Below are positions 60,001 through 64,000 of a DNA stretch of 64,000 bases, piece after piece. Within the stretch, counting starts at the first letter, position 1; every line of letters starts with the position of its first letter. Origin of the DNA: Candidatus Cloacimonadota bacterium (GTDB lineage: Bacteria > Cloacimonadota > Cloacimonadia > G963667145); NCBI GenBank assembly GCA_963667255.1, contig OY762940.1, positions 320,001-384,000 of the forward strand. The letters run 5' to 3'. Under the pieces are notes generated by a model. The model was not told the origin of the DNA. It worked only from the letters and a program-made list of their open reading frames with translations, and ran no database searches. A program made the position numbers and the translations under genes.

Positions 60001-63000
60001 TTGGAGACTACCCACTGAGCATAGAGAGTTACTATTGGACCGGTTTTTTGGATGGTGGCTCCTGGCATAAACTTAGCCCCGCTACCATCAGCGGCAGTGT
60101 TCCAAGAGTCAAACTTCATCCCTGTGGAGTCCAGAGTCCCCGGAGATGCCACTGTGATGAAAGTTTGGTTAGAAACAGTTGTAGGAACAGTGCCTTTATC
60201 CGCTCCGTTGCCGTGATAGGTGAGTGTAAACGGAACAGCTCGCCAGACAGCATAGAGAATAGTATCGCTCTCCGCATCCAGTGTAAAAGTCGAGTCGTAA
60301 CTTGTCCCTAAGGTATCTGCCCTGGTGTCCCATCTCGCAAACGCATAACCGTCGCGGGCAAAACCGCAGTCTGACGCACCTTGCAAAGTTTGGTTAGCAC
60401 CTATTGTCTGATGGTCGCTACCCGTGCCACCGTTGGTTTTGTATGTTATCGTGAAGTTAGACACCGCCCACTTGGCGTATAGTGTCGTATTTCCATATTT
60501 TTGGATAGTAGAGCCTTCTGCATAGTCTTTACCGCTACCATCACTTTTTAAGTTCCAAGTAACAAATTTACATCCTATTTTATCCAGTGCCCCATGAGAA
60601 GCCACTGTGATGAAGGTGCCGGCTTGACTACCAGGCAAAGAACTGGGGCTTATATTGGCACCGTTGCCATCGTAGTTAAGCGTAAAGGTCACTGGTCGCC
60701 ATACAGCATAGAGTGTAGTGTTCTTGGTGAGTGGGATGGGTGAGCCTTTTTGATAGCGAGTGCCTAAGGTATCTGCCTGGGTGTCCCATCCGCCGAAGTA
60801 GCAGCCGTCACGGAACAAGCTGCCGCTATCTTCCACAATAGCCGTAAATCCGATTACACCATCAGGAACAGAGCCTCTCTCAGCACCGTTGCCATCGTAT
60901 GTCAGCACAAATCCACGCAAATGGTTATGAACACCTACACGCAGGAGAGGATGTTGCCCATTCATCCATATCCAAGGCGTAGCATCGCTGAGGGGACCCG
61001 AGCCGAATATGCTCAGACCTACAGGGCCAGACCATGTGCTCGCCGTCTCTATATCACTCTCAGTCAGCGGACCACCATTAGTAGCTGTCGGTGTAATATC
61101 AGTTGTTATCGTCTTAGTCCCGTTTACAGAGACATCATATGCGTAGTTATTGGTGAGTGTGCCTGCTTTAGCTGTTATCCTGCGGGCTGTCACGGCTGTG
61201 TCGGAGCCTGCACCGACGAAACAGTTGCTGATAGTGCTACCACTACAGTCTCCTACTATTCCTCCGGCATAATTATAAGCTTGGACTGTGTCGTTGATAG
61301 CCAAACAAGCAGTTATCGTGCTGGAGTTTCCAGCATTACCAACCACACCACCTGCACATCCACCGCTGGTGATAGCTCCGCAATCTTTTATCAGGCAGTT
61401 CTTCACTGTAGCACCGTTAGCCATGCCGGCGATACCTCCGGCAAAGTTGGCACTCCTAAATGTGTCCTTATAGAGCGTAACTCTCTGCACGACGGCACCA
61501 GAGCCGAGCTGAGCAAAAAGTCCGGCATATGTGACGGTTTTGTCGCTATTTTTTATATAGCTGATGGTGTATCCTTGCCCATTATACGAGCCGGTAAACG
61601 GCGTGGTCATTCCTATCGGGATGAACTTCTTGCCCATCATGTTTATATCGCGTTTTTGTATGTAATTTTTGCTCAGATAGTCAGGGTATCCCATAGCCTC
61701 ATAAGAGGAAGCACAGCAAACTATATACGGGTCGCTGGCACTACCTACACCGCCGGCAAAGGCACGAGGCAATACACTGCATATCACAGTCATCTTGGAT
61801 AGTCTCGGGTAACCTGTCCATGTGGAGTCTGCCCATTCCCAACCGTTATCAAGATAGTTCTCACATCCTCTGGCAGTAAAGGTGGTGCTGTCTCTCAGGC
61901 TGTCCACACTGATGTCCGCACCGTGTAAACCTGTTGCTGAGATATAGTTTGTGCTCCACTCCCCGGGCATAGAGGCTACCGCATAGTTGGTGTCCAGAGT
62001 TATGTTGCCTCCGGCTATCCTACTCGGCAACTCACTGGCTGTGGAGGTTGTCACTGTGTCGCAGATAGAGAAACTCCTGCCGAGAGTAGCCAAATTGCTA
62101 CCTGCACCCACTATACCGCCGACACTGGAGCCTCCCTTCACATTGCTCTCGCCGACTATCAATCTAAGCCCTGTTCCGCCGTTCATCACACCCACTATAC
62201 CGCCGACATACTCACTACCGCTTACCGCAGACTGAGTTACCAATACATCGTGGATAGAGTCTGTGCTCTCAGAAGATGAGAACATACCTACCAAAGCACC
62301 GACATAGCTCGCACCAGAAACTTTGGCATCTACCAAACCCAGATTGGCGATAGTGCCACCACTGACCATAGCGAATAGACCTCTATAATTGCTCAGTGTG
62401 GTGTTTTGCAACCTCAACCCTTTGATAAACCCGCCGTTACCGTCAAATCTGCCTGAGAACGGATAAGCAGAACTACCTATGCAGACGATGTTGTCTCCGC
62501 TTGCAGGACTGAGATTGACATTGGTAAGGTCTATGGAGTCCACCGTCATGATGAACGATGAGTCCTCATAACCGTTGATAAACAGCAAATCTTCTGCTTT
62601 GGCAATAGCGAACTTACCACCACTAGCGTATGGCAAAGGAAGAGCAGGCGTGCTCATCTTGCCCGTCAGATAGCCCGAGAACTTGGTCAAGGTAGGATAT
62701 TTAGCACCAGATTTATATTCCCACGCACTGCTGGCAGTCATCAGAGCGGAGTAGTCGCCCTCTTTCAGATGGTTATAGAAGAGGTTAGCCCCATTAGCAC
62801 TGTCGCTATACAAGTTCACACTGTATTTATTATTTATCTTCACCTCAGCCAAGGAGTATAAGCCACTTTTGGCTGTAGGATTTTTCAGAGCAGCAACCTT
62901 GCTGGCATTGGCAATGTCCGTGCTGGTTATCTCGCGAATCAGCGAATAACAGTTTTGGACAGCCGTAGCAACGGTGTCTCTTGTCAGACCACCCACATTG

Positions 63001-64000
63001 CCGGCACCGCCCAGACTGTCGCTCACAGCGATAGAGTTCTTGATTGTGGAGGATTTCATATAGCCCACTATGGAGGCTACATTGTTTCCGGCGGACACTA
63101 CCTTGTTGTTTATGCTCAAGATATCTTCCACACTTGCACCACTGGTAGCCGAGCCTATCACAGCTCCTGCATTCTCACCTGTGGCTCGTATTTCGCTATT
63201 TGTCACACAGACTATGTTCACCTTACCCGTAGTCGTAGCTTGGTTCAGCCCTACCAAAGCACCTGAATTTTTAGCACCGGTCACTTTGACACTATCCAGT
63301 ATCAGCCCGCTAATAGTGGCACTACCGCCGACAACGCCGAATAGACCTCTGTTGTCCACTGTGTTCACTACTCCCAAGCTGTCAGCTTTGATTACCAAAT
63401 TGGCTATTTTCTTCCCGTTACCGTCAAACTTGCCGGAGAAGTATTGGTTAGTTTCCGTGCCGTAGCCGATAGGTGTGAAGTTAATCAAAGTATCGTAATC
63501 GTTGAAGTTCAAACTATCGCTCAATATGTAGTTGTTCTCCAATTTCAGCCAATCAGGCAAATTCGCATATCCGCCTACCAGTTTTATCAGACGGACATCG
63601 CCGATTACATCGAGTTGCAAGCAATTGGTAACCTTGTAATAGGAGCTAAGCAAACCTTTTTCCATTATCAGTCCGTTATCCGTGGGGATAGTAGTCTGAG
63701 GATTATTGATGAGTGTAGGATAGCAGGTAAGAGTTCTCATCTCATAAGCTTTGGAGTTGAGGAAGTATCCTCCCAAAAGGATAGAGCCTAAGCTCCCACA
63801 AACGCCTTTGAGCGTTGCATTGCTTTGGACGATAAAGTTAGCCGAAACCACCTTTTCGGAAGATTTATTCTCTATGCTGTAGCTGGTGTCCACACTGGCA
63901 TTCGTCATTCTGTAGGCGAAGTTAGCCACTTGTGCACAATTTTTAGCGGTGTTCCTCAGAGCGTAACAAAGATGAATATTGCCAGAGTTACTGCTACCCA
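57030..64000 (-). CDS. Giant repetitive surface/secreted protein: GLUG-like repeats, 13 InlB B-repeat (Flg_new)-like units, C-terminal GH19 chitinase; 5' end outside the window
   Basis: Frame stays open from 63929 to the window edge (GSSNSGNIHLCYALRNTAKNCAQV). F.G.FDGNG..I..L and VGGIVG motifs; TY..NG...GW...LYAVW repeats; RELAAFLANTSHET, YYGRGALQ.SWNYNYG and IINGG.E GH19 motifs. Confidence 0.88.
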   Translation of the reverse strand, partial: GSSNSGNIHLCYALRNTAKNCAQVANFAYRMTNASVDTSYSIENKSSEKVVSANFIVQSNATLKGVCGSLGSILLGGYFLNSKAYEMRTLTCYPTLINNPQTTIPTDNGLIMEKGLLSSYYKVTNCLQLDVIGDVRLIKLVGGYANLPDWLKLENNYILSDSLNFNDYDTLINFTPIGYGTETNQYFSGKFDGNGKKIANLVIKADSLGVVNTVDNRGLFGVVGGSATISGLILDSVKVTGAKNSGALVGLNQATTTGKVNIVCVTNSEIRATGENAGAVIGSATSGASVEDILSINNKVVSAGNNVASIVGYMKSSTIKNSIAVSDSLGGAGNVGGLTRDTVATAVQNCYSLIREITSTDIANASKVAALKNPTAKSGLYSLAEVKINNKYSVNLYSDSANGANLFYNHLKEGDYSALMTASSAWEYKSGAKYPTLTKFSGYLTGKMSTPALPLPYASGGKFAIAKAEDLLFINGYEDSSFIMTVDSIDLTNVNLSPASGDNIVCIGSSAYPFSGRFDGNGGFIKGLRLQNTTLSNYRGLFAMVSGGTIANLGLVDAKVSGASYVGALVGMFSSSESTDSIHDVLVTQSAVSGSEYVGGIVGVMNGGTGLRLIVGESNVKGGSSVGGIVGAGSNLATLGRSFSICDTVTTSTASELPSRIAGGNITLDTNYAVASMPGEWSTNYISATGLHGADISVDSLRDSTTFTARGCENYLDNGWEWADSTWTGYPRLSKMTVICSVLPRAFAGGVGSASDPYIVCCASSYEAMGYPDYLSKNYIQKRDINMMGKKFIPIGMTTPFTGSYNGQGYTISYIKNSDKTVTYAGLFAQLGSGAVVQRVTLYKDTFRSANFAGGIAGMANGATVKNCLIKDCGAITSGGCAGGVVGNAGNSSTITACLAINDTVQAYNYAGGIVGDCSGSTISNCFVGAGSDTAVTARRITAKAGTLTNNYAYDVSVNGTKTITTDITPTATNGGPLTESDIETASTWSGPVGLSIFGSGPLSDATPWIWMNGQHPLLRVGVHNHLRGFVLTYDGNGAERGSVPDGVIGFTAIVEDSGSLFRDGCYFGGWDTQADTLGTRYQKGSPIPLTKNTTLYAVWRPVTFTLNYDGNGANISPSSLPGSQAGTFITVASHGALDKIGCKFVTWNLKSDGSGKDYAEGSTIQKYGNTTLYAKWAVSNFTITYKTNGGTGSDHQTIGANQTLQGASDCGFARDGYAFARWDTRADTLGTSYDSTFTLDAESDTILYAVWRAVPFTLTYHGNGADKGTVPTTVSNQTFITVASPGTLDSTGMKFDSWNTAADGSGAKFMPGATIQKTGPIVTLYAQWVVSNFKITYDGNGADGGSMSPTTGANQTILVCGFTKTDNGFVHWNSKSDNTGTTYNPGVKLDAESDTTLYAIWRGSVNLTYNGNGNTGGTAPILPQELNPFFTTDSTIILGRGTLTKTNYTFTGWDTNSTATVATYKEGDTAKFTSSGAVILYAVWKKNPTITYKANVSISEGSVPSATNPNYGDSIDIPGNTGNMVYSGYTFTGWAESSSATTATYTAGQRKLFLNDVMLYAVWKKKPTITYVNTVTLTSGTVPSAVTVEYGAKVTIADKGSMVYSGYTLTGWATTSGSSTVAYTAGQQVQFLTDITLYAVWKQQYTITYNLNGGAGTTPSTQYVQIGSNATLASKPSDATRYDTIFYNNNNGAGSIDSQKVSKTALGWAKTSNATTVEYDFGASNIPVSGNMTLYVVWKAGTSVMLDGGTGFSAGTNNKYTVKFDGNTGSGTMTDSTVLKKLTGWNTASNGTGTSYTLGQTGFTPSGNVTLYAVWGSGNSCKAPACGFTAPTDKVFTKWATNADGSGTSYTVNADITPTADMTLYAIWAPQYTITYDLNGGQGTVPPQVTVTKGNSTTLNSGTGITAGSNRYTVSFNANGGTGSMTGQTVDKKLLGWATTASATIPTNNLSSNYTPTSSVTLYAVWGGPVNYTAPACSFTVPTGKKFDKWAAGSTGGTQYAKDDSIPVSANITLYAIWMDASLLAKYMTEAQFNQWNPNRNYYNGSKGVPYYPYWGDVPDKFLFRWTALDSAINLYTSKHPSLTGKNAFLGNTDNAYNKRELAAFLANTSHETTGSNGDVNWGYVYPRECAVYGLNNTATWYYDPNAEHGGDHYAYNDYQATTNTTYPITSGQWYYGRGALQTSWNYNYGPLSADYYGDKQILLDHPDNLLSDAVLFWYGSIFFWMTARDGYIPSCHAVMHDYWDTGTGSQSSDKVYSFALTITIINGGMEAGSSIATDSWFDKSRKDRINYYVNYCTRFGVTPVYSYDQEYNYIKAMVKF

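Overview
A gene-dense, moderately AT-rich window from a diderm bacterium (BamD, SurA/PpiD-like, MltG) that is probably anaerobic (acyl-CoA dehydratase activase fusion). I cannot assign taxonomy from the sequence alone. Most of it is housekeeping: uppP-nadD-bamD, an aroF-pheA-tyrA-aroB-aroA operon, tpiA-serS-fmt, pssA-comF-mutS, nadE, and a long minus-strand run from dnaE through proB, proC, ruvX, mltG, pgeF, mnmE and rng to folC. Accessory pieces are interspersed: (1) a 1,111-bp IS256-like element with TIRs and an 8-bp TSD that splits a membrane-anchored gene; (2) a TIR-domain gene and a RhuM fragment next to REP-like palindromes; (3) an islet at the radC 3' end, where a synonymously diverged second copy of the radC tail brackets a DUF2130 gene and precedes a PabI-family (restriction glycosylase-type) R-M pair; (4) a >2,300-aa GLUG/InlB-B-repeat surface protein ending in a GH19 chitinase domain, running off the window end. 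The most unusual signals are an intact 232-aa sigma-54-like protein with no core-binding domain, near-total GTAC avoidance (9 sites found by eye in 64 kb, 8 of them in accessory genes), the radC-tail duplication, a single-chain triple RidA, and interleaved B-repeats in the giant protein. No rRNA, tRNA or CRISPR array was seen. All family calls come from motif recognition, not database searches.
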